DNA of 64,000 bases from an uncultured Bacteroidales bacterium (GTDB lineage Bacteria > Bacteroidota > Bacteroidia > Bacteroidales > B18-G4). Under the pieces are notes generated by a model that had not been told where the DNA came from, searched no databases, and saw only the letters and a program-made list of their open reading frames with translations. Below are positions 28,663 through 38,900 of this stretch, piece by piece. Position numbers and translations under genes: made by a program. Numbering within the stretch: the first letter of the stretch is position 1; the number at the start of each line of letters is the position of its first letter. The stretch lies in contig CAVWAP010000004.1 of assembly GCA_963753055.1 (NCBI GenBank), positions 181,550 through 245,549 on the forward strand, given 5' to 3'.

Positions 28663-31600
28663 ATTATAAACCTGTAATATTATTTGCCCTGGCGGCTCTC
28701 TGCTGCCTGTTCCTTGCTGGAATAGTACAGGCCCAGCAACCTGATGGTGACGGGAGAGCTATTGGTGATGATTGTACAGAACCCATACAGGTCAATCTAA
28801 CACAGGACCTGCCTTACCTTGAATACGGACAAACGACATGCGGCCGCGGTAATTCCTATGATACTACCTGCCTGGGATCATACGACGACGGGGAAGATAT
28901 AATTTACCAGCTTAATGTAAGTACTGAATTCGAGATCCAGATAACCATGACACCAAATGATGCATGGGCTGCCATGGGCTTATTCGATGATTGCCCCGAT
29001 GTTGGCAATTGCATGGAATCAGTGACATACGCCAATGTTGGGTATGTAATCCAGGCAATGACAATCAATACGATCCTTAGCCCGGGCACATATTATCTTA
29101 TGATGGACTCCTGGCCTGCTCCGGCATGCTTTGATTTTGACCTGGCAATAAACCAGGTTGTCCCGGTCGATGCATATCCATTCATTATCGATTTTGAAGA
29201 TGGTGAGATGCCGGTAGAATTTGTTATGCTGCCCGGAGGGGATGCAGGTATCAGGACTGATGCAGATGCAGCTCTGAACTCAGATTATGGTTTATTGTTC
29301 GAAGGGAATACACAGGCAAACTGGGGCCCTACTCCGGTTAATGTTAATGAAGCCTTCGATTCCACCAAAGTTTCACACTTTGGAACCATTAATATTGAAG
29401 TTGTCCCTACGGGTGAGCCAGGCACACTGAAAATGCAATTTGACCTTCAGCAGGGATATAGCTATACCCCCAACTACTGTTGGTTCAGGGTGATGGTTGA
29501 TAGCATAGTGATCGCTGATGAAAATGGATTTACATATTACCAACCCTTTACCCATAACGACCCATTCTCTTCCAGAACATGGGATCTTGGAGCATATCAA
29601 TCCGCTCCATTTACCATCACCCTTCAATCCTCATGTAAATACTACGAAAATTACTACGAGCAAGGCGATATTGTACATGTTGATGATTTTGAGATATGGT
29701 ATGAATTGCCACCCGGGAAAGTGGAGGGGTATGTGTTTAATGGAAACGGAATTCCCATACCTGATGCCAATGTAGGCCTTGAAGGCTCGGTAACTACATC
29801 CTCCGGAATTGATGGCTTTTATTTGTTAGAGCATGTCCCTTTCGGTATGCAGGAAATATATGCCTGGAAGCAGGGATATAACATGGTTTCTGCCTCGGTT
29901 AATGTGCCATCTGGTGGAGTGGCCAACCAGGATTTTATCCTGACCCAGCCAACAATGATCATATCACCTACCTTGCATTATTACACTTTGAATCCTTTTG
30001 AGCTCTATTCCACCCAGACAGGAATTCAAAACTCAGGTGATGGGCCTCTGGAATGGTCAGCAGTTATTAATTATCCTTCGGGAGATACCCTCGATTGGCT
30101 ATCTCTTGAATGGTACGAGGGCGTTGTACCACCTGATGGTGGCCTGGAAAACATCCCAACACATTTCAATGCTGCCAATACAACTTCAGGCGAAGTTTAT
30201 ACGGCTGATATTGTATTCACGAGCAACCCTGATGTTGGCACGCTTACAATACCCTGTGAAATGGTAGTACTTGGTGATCCATTGATCCCTCCTGCAGGAC
30301 TGCAGGTTAGTTTATTAAATGATGTGACAGGGGAGGTCAGGGTATCCTGGCAAGCCAGCAACAGGGATTTTCAGTACTTCATTGTAAAAAGGGATGGGGC
30401 CTTGCTTGCGTCAACTATTAATCAGTTTGTTATTGATTACTTGCCAGGCTATGGAGAGTACTGTTATACAGTGCAATCAAGTTATGATGAAGGATTTTCC
30501 ATACCGGCAGGGCCTGAATGTATACTCTGGCCTAATCCCCAGGTGTTTATTAATCCCAACCATGTCGAGGAATGGGTATGGATCGATCAACAGGCTGTTG
30601 TTAGCACAAACATTATCAACCTGGGCATTGGTACGCTGACTTATTCTTTTCCCGACTTTACCAAAGATGACAAGGTGCTTGAGTACTGCCCGGGAAGTGG
30701 CGGATGTGATGAATTTATACAAAATGTAAGTATTGGGAACATTAACAATACAACCGGCTGTAAAAATTACAGCAATTTCACCAACCTGTCTGCCACCGTT
30801 CAAAGAGGTGTTGCCTATCCTATTAGCATCAGTGTCGGCAATCCCGTGGCGGAGGATATCCTGGGTATTTGGGTCGACTGGGACCAGGATGAAGTGTGGG
30901 CGCAGGATGAAATGATACAGACAGCAGGAGACCCTTTTTCCGGATTCACCGCCGAAATTATACCACCTGATGGTAGTCCTGCCGGATACACAAGGATGAG
31001 AATCAGGTTGCAATGGGGTGGTGTACTGGATCCTTGTGGAACAACTGCTTATGGTGAAGTTGAGGACTACAGCCTTTACGTGCTGGGAGGCTTCATTACC
31101 GATGTTCAACCGTCTTCCGGAATTATTGCTGAGGGCAGTTCGCAGGTGATCATGATAACCTATGATGCATCTGCTTATCCTGAAGGTGATTTTTCCCGGC
31201 AGCTGTTATGCGAAACCAATGATCCATCAAGCCCTGTTTCAGTGATCTATAATACGATGCATGTGATAGTGCCTGCAGAATTAGTTGGAAATGTGAAGGA
31301 TGGTAACACCGGTGTTTATTTGCCTGGTGTGAGTGTGACAGCAGGCAACTGGCAGGCAGAAACAGATGAACATGGCCATTACAGCATGTATCTTGATGAA
31401 GGAATATATGATATCACCTTTCAGAAACTTGGCTATCAGACGGTTATAGTAGAAGATACTTTTGTTCAGCAGGGTGAGATTACTCCGCTGGATATACAAA
31501 TGTTTGAAGAACCTTATCCGGTCAGTTTTGTTCTGGCAACTGTTAATGAAGAAGATACAGAATGCCTTGTTGAATGGTCACTGCCTTATGTCCCGCTCGA

Positions 31601-34600
31601 ATTATATTATGATGATGGAGAAGCTGAAGAATTGGTAGTCTGGGCTGACCCACTCAATGAAAATGCGGTTAAGTTTACTCCACTGGGCTACCCCATGAAC
31701 CTTATTGGAGGACGCCTGAATGTTGGAGATGGCAGCTTCCCAGCCGGCAATTGGCTTAATTCTGAGTTTGCCCTGCTGATTTATGATGACGATGGTAATG
31801 ATGGCATGCCTGGAACACTAATGGATTCAATGACCGTTGAAGTACAAAACTTTGAATGGATCGAATTCAAGGGAGACACCATAACATTTTTGGATGGCGA
31901 TTTTTATATCTCAATGATGCAACTTAACCCTTCTCCAAATGCTCCTCCTCTTGGAGTGGACTTTACAAGCCCTGTTGCATACCGAAGCTATTCAAGGTTG
32001 CAGGGAGATGATTGGATCTTATCACCATACCAGGATTTCATGATCAGGGCATATGTGACAGGACCGGCAACTGATGATATGCCTGTTGAATTGGGTGTTA
32101 AGAAAGTTCCTGAAAAACTTCCTCCGGGTGCTGAAGGAAGATTGTACTTTACAAAAAATGGATTAGCACCAATTATATTTCCTGGCCTGGAAAGAGAGAC
32201 TGAATTTAATCTTCTGAATAACACTCATTCTTCAAACCGGGACCTTGTTTCTTACGACCTGATGAGGGTTTCTGATTTTAATCCTGACCTTGGACCACAA
32301 ACAGGAGTGTTCACGCTTATAGGCGATGATATAAATGCAATTTATTATAATGATACTGCTTTTGGAGCTTTGCCTATGGGCTGGTTTGCCTATGCTGTCC
32401 AGGCAAATTATACCAATGGAGATACTTCAGAATGGATATATTCCAACATCGTTGGACACCTTAAGGAGGTTAGAGTTGACTTCCAGGTCACCCTTACAAC
32501 AGGGGAGCTGCCGGATGAAGTTGAAATAACCATGGCCGGTGAAGACTATCCATATTCTGTGTATTCAGGAATCACGGATACCAACGGATTACTTTTTTTC
32601 AACGATGTTTGGAAAGGAACATATACCATTCATGCTTACAAAGTAGGATATGAACTATATGAGATCTCCAATGAAAATATTCAGTCAGATATGTCTTATT
32701 CCCTCACCCTTGGTGAAAAGCGATATCCTGCTCTTAATTTCTGGGTTGATCCCTTAACCTCAATGGCCTATTGGGATTATCCAATTGTTACAGCAATCAG
32801 GGAAGATTTTGACGGTTCGCAGTTCCTTCCATCAGGATGGCAAATAGTAAGTCAGGGTGTGGGTTGGTTTCTGACAACTGATGGCAGCAGCCCGAACTGG
32901 ACAGTGCCTGCATGGGATTCCCGGTACGCCTGTGCCAATGATGATAAAGCAGGATCTGCAAACAATGGATGTTGTGATTACCTTGTTACTCCGGCTGTAG
33001 ATCTGCGTGAATCAGAGGAGTTCAGCCTGATGTTTGACAGTTACTATGATGGTGCATACGGGGAAATCGCTAATGTGGAATTCAGTAATGATGGAGGAAA
33101 TACCTGGTATATCCTGATGGCCCTTACGCCAAACCCCGGGGGCTGGGAGCAAATTGAGATTGATCTTTCTTCATTATCAGGACCTAGTGGTGCCTATCCT
33201 GTCTGGTTTGCCTTTCATGCCGATGATGATGGTGAATGGGCTTCCGGCTGGGCAGTAGATAACATTGTAATCGCTAATGGCCTTGCTGGCCCCATCGATT
33301 TTTACATGTTCCTCGATGGAGCTTTTGTTAATAGTACGGAACAGACTTATTACCAGTATCCGTTTCTGACTTATGGAATCACATATGAGGCCAGCGTTGC
33401 TGCACACTATACTTCAGGATTATCTGAAAAGGTCTATTACCCCTTTACATCCACCTACCTCACACCTCCCAGGAACCTCAGAGGAGAAACCTTTGACGAT
33501 GCGGTGCAGCTCTGGTGGCAACCTCCTCTTGAACCGGATGGAGTTTTCGTTCTTCTGACAGAAAAGACCAGGACTGTCCATATCAATCCGCATGATGATT
33601 ATAGTCCGAAAGTCAGAACCATAAAGATCATGGATAACTCCATAGGGTCACGTGACCAATGGGATGTGCACTATTCCTATCCAACAATCTATACAGATGG
33701 GGAAACCGGAGCTGAAACAGATGGTGATTACCTGTATACAACACAATGGAACGCCGGTAATGGTACCTTCTTTAAGTACGATCTGGATGGAACTTACCTG
33801 GAAACCTTTGTTATTCCGGACTGCCGTGACCTGAGAGATCTTGCCTATGACCCCGATAATAGCATGATGTTTGGAAGCAACGCCTCCGACACGGTATGGA
33901 AAATGGATTTTATTGATCAGGTGCTTGTTGAAACATTCTTTGCTCCAACAGAAGTCAGAGCAATTGCATTTGACAGCGATGAGATTGGTTTCTGGGCTAA
34001 TAATTGGGATACAGATATCACATTATTTGATATGACAGGTTCATTGATCAGCAGTTTCCCGATCGGTACCTGGGGAAGCTATTACGGCTTTGCATACGAT
34101 AATTGGACTGATGGAGGTCCATACCTCTGGGGTTTTAGCCAGGACGGTAGCGGGGCAATCCTGGTTCAGATAGATCTGAATACGGGCACTGAAGTTACTG
34201 TGCTGGATGTGTTGCCCATCCTGGGTGGATCAGAAATAGCTGGTGGGTTATTTACAATGTGCAGCATGATATATAATAATGTTGTCACAATTGGTGGGGT
34301 GCTTCAGAACGAGATGCTGTTTGGTCTTGAATTGGGACCATGCCAGGGGCCACCTCTTCATTGGCATGTCCCTGAGAACCTGATTGGTTATAAGGTGTAC
34401 CGTGATCTTGATTGGGTAGGTTCAGTCCCATATTATGGAGAGGATACATCAACCTATTATGATACAGGCCTGGATCCATATACATATGAATATGATGTGT
34501 CAGCGCTATATACCTTGAGTACATATGGCTTCCCTGGTGAAGTGGGAGAATCGATGATGGAAGGACCATTCTATATCCAGGTCCAATATGGTTATCCTTT

Positions 34601-35594
34601 GCCATTTGAGGAAACATGGAGCTTAGGCAGCTTTGAATTAAACGAGTGGGATCATAGTGGTAATTGGATCATTAATAATCAATCAGGTAATCCACCTCCG
34701 TCGACTGAATTCTCATGGGAACCAATACTTACTAATTATAAATCATCATTGACAAGCCATCCGATCGATGGAGTAAACCTGCCTGCCCCATGGGTTGATG
34801 GTTGTATCTGGCTGGACTTTGACATCAAACTGATCGACCGGAATATGACCGGCCAGGAAAAACTGAGGGTGGAAATAGGAAATGACTTTGGCTGGTTTGA
34901 GGTGATGTCCTTTGATAATGCACAGGGGGGCTTTGATTGGCAACATAGCCATGTTGATATCAGTAGTATGGCGTTTGGAGAAATCTTCAGGGTCAGGTTT
35001 GTTGGTGAGGGAACAAACTCAATTGATATTCAATCATGGTTGATCGACAATATCCTGATCTATCGTGATTGTTCTCCTCCCAGGAACCTGAACCTGGAGA
35101 TCCAGAACTGCATCGATGTGTTATTGACCTGGGATGCTCCGTATGTTTGCGACAGCGCACGAAAGCTTGTGGAATATGATATATATGTCAATCTTGAATA
35201 TTATATGTCTACAACTGATACATTTTATATTTATACTGCAGGCCAGAATGGTACATATCGGTTCCAGCTATTTAGTGTATACGAAGACTGTGTTTCTGAT
35301 TCTTCAGTAAAAGGAACAATCGACGTGGTTTGCGTAGGAATAAATACCCCACAGGTAGATGATTGGGTGAATGTTTACCCCGTTCCAACATCGGAAACTC
35401 TTTATATTCAGGCAAAAGAAGAAATTAGGTATGTATCCCTTTTGAATAATATGGGTACAATAGTGTATTCTAATTATGGAAATGAGTCTAAAGAGCTGAA
35501 AGTCAATACAAAGACATTCATACCTGGATTTTATTTCCTAAAAATTGAAACTAAAACAAAAATATACAGTAAAAAGATTCTGGTCATTAGATAG
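28659..35594 (+). CDS. giant T9SS cargo protein, paralog 1 (2311 aa), multi-lectin/Ig surface protein of unknown function
   Basis: Uninterrupted ORF whose GTG start overlaps the ALDH stop (GTGA). Signal peptide 'ILFALAALCCLFLAGIVQAQ'. Modules in order: Cys-containing jelly-roll head; MAM/ConA-like head ('FIIDFEDGEMP...HVDDFEIWY'); three CarboxypepD_reg-like sandwiches ('VEGYVFNGNGIPIPDANVGLEG'); Ig/FN3-like units ('GEYCYTVQSSYDEGFSIPAGPEC'); a GEVED domain; choice-of-anchor-J/cleaved-adhesin-like domains ('EDFDGSQFLPSGWQ...WAVDNIVIAN'); one ~230-aa propeller-like module; CTD 35367-35591. Confidence 0.9.
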   Translation: MNYKPVILFALAALCCLFLAGIVQAQQPDGDGRAIGDDCTEPIQVNLTQDLPYLEYGQTTCGRGNSYDTTCLGSYDDGEDIIYQLNVSTEFEIQITMTPNDAWAAMGLFDDCPDVGNCMESVTYANVGYVIQAMTINTILSPGTYYLMMDSWPAPACFDFDLAINQVVPVDAYPFIIDFEDGEMPVEFVMLPGGDAGIRTDADAALNSDYGLLFEGNTQANWGPTPVNVNEAFDSTKVSHFGTINIEVVPTGEPGTLKMQFDLQQGYSYTPNYCWFRVMVDSIVIADENGFTYYQPFTHNDPFSSRTWDLGAYQSAPFTITLQSSCKYYENYYEQGDIVHVDDFEIWYELPPGKVEGYVFNGNGIPIPDANVGLEGSVTTSSGIDGFYLLEHVPFGMQEIYAWKQGYNMVSASVNVPSGGVANQDFILTQPTMIISPTLHYYTLNPFELYSTQTGIQNSGDGPLEWSAVINYPSGDTLDWLSLEWYEGVVPPDGGLENIPTHFNAANTTSGEVYTADIVFTSNPDVGTLTIPCEMVVLGDPLIPPAGLQVSLLNDVTGEVRVSWQASNRDFQYFIVKRDGALLASTINQFVIDYLPGYGEYCYTVQSSYDEGFSIPAGPECILWPNPQVFINPNHVEEWVWIDQQAVVSTNIINLGIGTLTYSFPDFTKDDKVLEYCPGSGGCDEFIQNVSIGNINNTTGCKNYSNFTNLSATVQRGVAYPISISVGNPVAEDILGIWVDWDQDEVWAQDEMIQTAGDPFSGFTAEIIPPDGSPAGYTRMRIRLQWGGVLDPCGTTAYGEVEDYSLYVLGGFITDVQPSSGIIAEGSSQVIMITYDASAYPEGDFSRQLLCETNDPSSPVSVIYNTMHVIVPAELVGNVKDGNTGVYLPGVSVTAGNWQAETDEHGHYSMYLDEGIYDITFQKLGYQTVIVEDTFVQQGEITPLDIQMFEEPYPVSFVLATVNEEDTECLVEWSLPYVPLELYYDDGEAEELVVWADPLNENAVKFTPLGYPMNLIGGRLNVGDGSFPAGNWLNSEFALLIYDDDGNDGMPGTLMDSMTVEVQNFEWIEFKGDTITFLDGDFYISMMQLNPSPNAPPLGVDFTSPVAYRSYSRLQGDDWILSPYQDFMIRAYVTGPATDDMPVELGVKKVPEKLPPGAEGRLYFTKNGLAPIIFPGLERETEFNLLNNTHSSNRDLVSYDLMRVSDFNPDLGPQTGVFTLIGDDINAIYYNDTAFGALPMGWFAYAVQANYTNGDTSEWIYSNIVGHLKEVRVDFQVTLTTGELPDEVEITMAGEDYPYSVYSGITDTNGLLFFNDVWKGTYTIHAYKVGYELYEISNENIQSDMSYSLTLGEKRYPALNFWVDPLTSMAYWDYPIVTAIREDFDGSQFLPSGWQIVSQGVGWFLTTDGSSPNWTVPAWDSRYACANDDKAGSANNGCCDYLVTPAVDLRESEEFSLMFDSYYDGAYGEIANVEFSNDGGNTWYILMALTPNPGGWEQIEIDLSSLSGPSGAYPVWFAFHADDDGEWASGWAVDNIVIANGLAGPIDFYMFLDGAFVNSTEQTYYQYPFLTYGITYEASVAAHYTSGLSEKVYYPFTSTYLTPPRNLRGETFDDAVQLWWQPPLEPDGVFVLLTEKTRTVHINPHDDYSPKVRTIKIMDNSIGSRDQWDVHYSYPTIYTDGETGAETDGDYLYTTQWNAGNGTFFKYDLDGTYLETFVIPDCRDLRDLAYDPDNSMMFGSNASDTVWKMDFIDQVLVETFFAPTEVRAIAFDSDEIGFWANNWDTDITLFDMTGSLISSFPIGTWGSYYGFAYDNWTDGGPYLWGFSQDGSGAILVQIDLNTGTEVTVLDVLPILGGSEIAGGLFTMCSMIYNNVVTIGGVLQNEMLFGLELGPCQGPPLHWHVPENLIGYKVYRDLDWVGSVPYYGEDTSTYYDTGLDPYTYEYDVSALYTLSTYGFPGEVGESMMEGPFYIQVQYGYPLPFEETWSLGSFELNEWDHSGNWIINNQSGNPPPSTEFSWEPILTNYKSSLTSHPIDGVNLPAPWVDGCIWLDFDIKLIDRNMTGQEKLRVEIGNDFGWFEVMSFDNAQGGFDWQHSHVDISSMAFGEIFRVRFVGEGTNSIDIQSWLIDNILIYRDCSPPRNLNLEIQNCIDVLLTWDAPYVCDSARKLVEYDIYVNLEYYMSTTDTFYIYTAGQNGTYRFQLFSVYEDCVSDSSVKGTIDVVCVGINTPQVDDWVNVYPVPTSETLYIQAKEEIRYVSLLNNMGTIVYSNYGNESKELKVNTKTFIPGFYFLKIETKTKIYSKKILVIR
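30681..31082 (+). other. GEVED domain in paralog 1 (slot 2)
   Basis: 'EYCPGSGGCDEFIQNVSIGNINNTTGC...TRMRIRLQWGGVLDPCGTTAYGEVEDYSLYV' ends with the literal GEVED signature. Confidence 0.75.
33651..34338 (+). other. ~230-aa uncharacterised propeller-like module (copy in paralog 1)
   Basis: 'RDQWDVHYSYPT..GETGAETDGDYLYTTQWNAGNGTFFKYDLDGTYL...LRDLAYDPDN..FGSNASDTVWKMDF...RAIAFDSDEIGFWANNWDTDITLFD...YGFAYDNWTDGGPYLWGFSQDGSG...IAGGLFT...GGVLQNEMLFGLEL'. Homologous copies are at 37635-38333, 41793-42486, 45871-46569, 50038-50730 and 58354-59046. Confidence 0.6.
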
Positions 35595-35724
35595 GAAACC
35601 TGGTATAAGTCTTTGAAAATGACTCAGATTCGATAAAAATTTGCATTAGTTGACGACAATCTGAATATTTTTTTTTTAATTTGCGAGGTAAAATAATAGG
35701 TATTTTCCCCTATTTGCTTTACTG

Positions 35725-35752
35725 ATGCAACGATTCAATGTATATTGTTGTC
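35725..35752 (+). promoter_or_regulatory. conserved intergenic box, copy upstream of paralog 2
   Basis: 'ATGCAACGATTCAATGTATATTGTTGTC' aligns with 44470-44499 'AGTGCAAGGGATTTGAATGCTTTTTTTGTC' and 52713-52741 'AATGCAACGATTTGAGTGCTTTTTTTGTC'. Function unknown. Confidence 0.3.
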
Positions 35753-35969
35753 TAAAGATTAATTAAACAGCTTATATATACAAATTATTATTAAAGTGTT
35801 TAAGACATTGGGCCACCGGGGAATTAATTTATTAAGTAACCCGGTATTTTCACTTTTTCAATAGCAATTGCTTTCACAAGAAATTGTTCATTGAGAAACT
35901 TTGCACTTTACCATATAATATATGTATTAAAAATTAGGCAAGATTTAGTATTAACCAAAATCAACAACC

Positions 35970-38900
35970 ATGAAACGATTTATTACTAAGCTTACGCTGT
36001 TGATGATTCCTTTCCTACTATCCTCAGCTATGCTCTTTGCACAAATGCAGTTGACTGGTCCTGGAGCTAAAGAATACTCCAATAACCAGGATGTAACTCG
36101 TATTTTGTATGAGCAAATGGACATTGGGGCCAGTGGCTGGGCTTCTCAGGATTTTGAAGCAGCTTACGACATCTACGACTGTCAGGGTGCAGACGACTTT
36201 ACTGTCCCTGCAGGAACTATCTGGCAAGTCGATGAGGTCACTGTTATTGGTTCAGGAGCCCCTGGACCATTTAATGTCGCCAACGTATATTTCTATCAGG
36301 ATGCAGGCGGATTGCCTGCTGCAGCACCTTACTTATCCTTTATGGGCTTAACAGCCGTGGATAATGCAGGTGCAATGACCATTGCTATTCCTGGTGGTGC
36401 TGTACTTACTGGCGGAGATTATTGGGTATCAGTACAGGACGCTGCTCCTTTTGGAGTCAACGGACAATGGTTCTGGACCAAGAATCTTACGCAGATTAAT
36501 AACATGGCCTATTGGCAAAACCCAGCAAATGGATTCGGTACAGGTGCTACAACCTGGACAGATGTCCTGACCGCTTTTGGTGAGGCAGCCGACTTCACGT
36601 TTTCACTTGTCGGTGAATCCTATGTAGAAATTGGTAACGGTACTGGCTATGGATCTTATCCAGCCTATTATAGTACCTGGTGCAATTATTGGGAAAATTG
36701 CCATACTCAAACATTATATCTGGCATCCGAATTGGGCGGACCAATGGATATCACAGAGTTGGGCTGGAAGTTCGAGAGACTTGCTACTCCCAACAACTGG
36801 CTATTGAATGTCCAGATTAACATTGTGGAAACCAGTGTTTCAGCTTTTACAGCAGGTTCTTATTTTGATATGACCGGGGCAACCCAGGTATATTCCAATG
36901 CAAACCTTATCCCTGCAACTGCCCTTGGCTGGAATAAAATTGACATTAATGATTTCGTCTATTCAGGGGTTAATAACCTCGTTATCGAAATCATTTGGGG
37001 TGACAACGGATATTATGAGTCTCCTTATTACAGGACCTATAAAACTAATGGTTCTGTCAATAGGACACTCCTTGGATATGCCGATTCAGAGACACCTCCA
37101 AACTATGATGCAGCAACTACCTGGTATGATGACCTCCGCGTATTTTTCAAACCATCTCTTGCTCCAGGCAACCTGGAAGGTTACGTGTTTAATGGAGATG
37201 GCCTTACAATTGCCGGAGCATCAGTAGGTATTGAAGGAGTAGGCGTGACTACTACCGGCCCTGCAGGTTTTTATGAGCTTCTTGATGTACCAACTGGTGA
37301 ATATGAAGCTTATGCCTGGAAAGACGGGTACAATGTCGTTACTGAAGATGTATTGATTATTTCAGGACAAACGACTATGCAAGACTTCATCCTGACTCAA
37401 CCGAACTGGTCTTTTAATCCATTAATACATGACTATACACTGAACCCGAATGAGTTCTTTTCAACTACACAGGGTATTCTGAATACTGGTGATGGTCCGG
37501 TTGATTGGTCAGCTGAAATTGTCTACCCACCTACAGATGTAATCATCGGTGATCCTGAGCCTCGTGCAACGATGCCGGATCCTCAAACAGATTACAGTCC
37601 TACAGTTACTACAGTACAGATAAATAATCCAATGAGGGATACCTGGGACCAGCAGTTTGGCTTCCTGACACAGGATAATAGTGGTGAAGCAGGTGCTGAA
37701 ACTGATGGTGCTTACTTCTATACTTCTAAATGGAATGCAGGCAGCGGTGTCTTCTTCAAGTATGAATTAGACGGTAACTTCCTGGGTTCATTTAATGTAT
37801 CCGGTGGAGCCATGGATCTCAGAGACATGGCTTACGTTGACTCAGAAGGCTTGTTCTACGGATCCAATGCCGGTACTACAGTATGGGCGATGGACTTCGA
37901 CGCTGGTGTAACTGATCATACTGTTCCTGCCGCAACAGCATGTAGAGCAATTGCATATAACGATGATGCCGATGGTTTCTACGGAAACAACTGGTCAACA
38001 GATATTACCCTTTTTGACCGTGAAACCGGAGCATTCATCAGCAGCTTCTCTACTGGTGGCTTAGCCAGTATGTACGGTATGGCCTATGACAACTGGTCAG
38101 ATGGTGGTCCATATGTATGGGCATTCGACCAGGGTGGCTCAGGTGGTGTATTCTACCAGTTTGATGCTACTACAGGTACACAGACAGGATTTACTTTTGA
38201 TGTTGTAGCAGCAACTGGCCAATCACAAATTGCCGGTGGTGCTTTTACACATCCAGGACTCGTTCCGGGATTTGTTACCATTGGTGGTATCCTGCAAAAC
38301 CTGTATTACTTTGGATTTGAGCTCGCTGAAGGCGGTGCTTCAATCGGCAGCTGGCTGACACTTGATTACTACAACGGAACTGTTCCTCCAAATGGAGGCA
38401 TTGATAATATCCCTACTCACTTCAACGCTGCCGGAACAGCAGCAGGTGAAGTTTATACTGCGGAGATCATATTTACCAGCGATCCTGATATTGGTACAGT
38501 GACTATTCCTTGTACCATGAGTATCCTTGGTAATGCACTTGTACCTCCGGAAAATCTTGAGGTTACACTTACTAATGATATTATCGGACTGGTTACCCTC
38601 ACATGGGATTGGTTTGGTGATGCATTCCAGTATTTCGTAGTTAAGAGAGATGGTATGATCATTGGCTCAACAACCCTGACCACTTTCACAGACTACTTGC
38701 CAGATTATGGCGAATACTGTTATACTGTTCAGGCACAATATGATGAAGGATTAACTTCACCAGCAGGCCCTGAATGTGTATTGTGGCCAAATCCAACGAT
38801 TTATATAGACCCAATGTTCCTTGAAGCATGGGTTTGGGTAGATCATACAACCCAGGTCTATACAACTATATATAATACGGGAATAGGAACATTAGCCTAT

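Noticed and set aside
38453-38689. Antisense ORFs of 60-110 aa recur at equivalent positions in each giant paralog. Examples are 38453/46689/54612, 41923/58484 and 43061/51306.
   Set aside because: Their apparent conservation is fully explained by paralogy of the sense strand. They have no independent start context and low-complexity translations.
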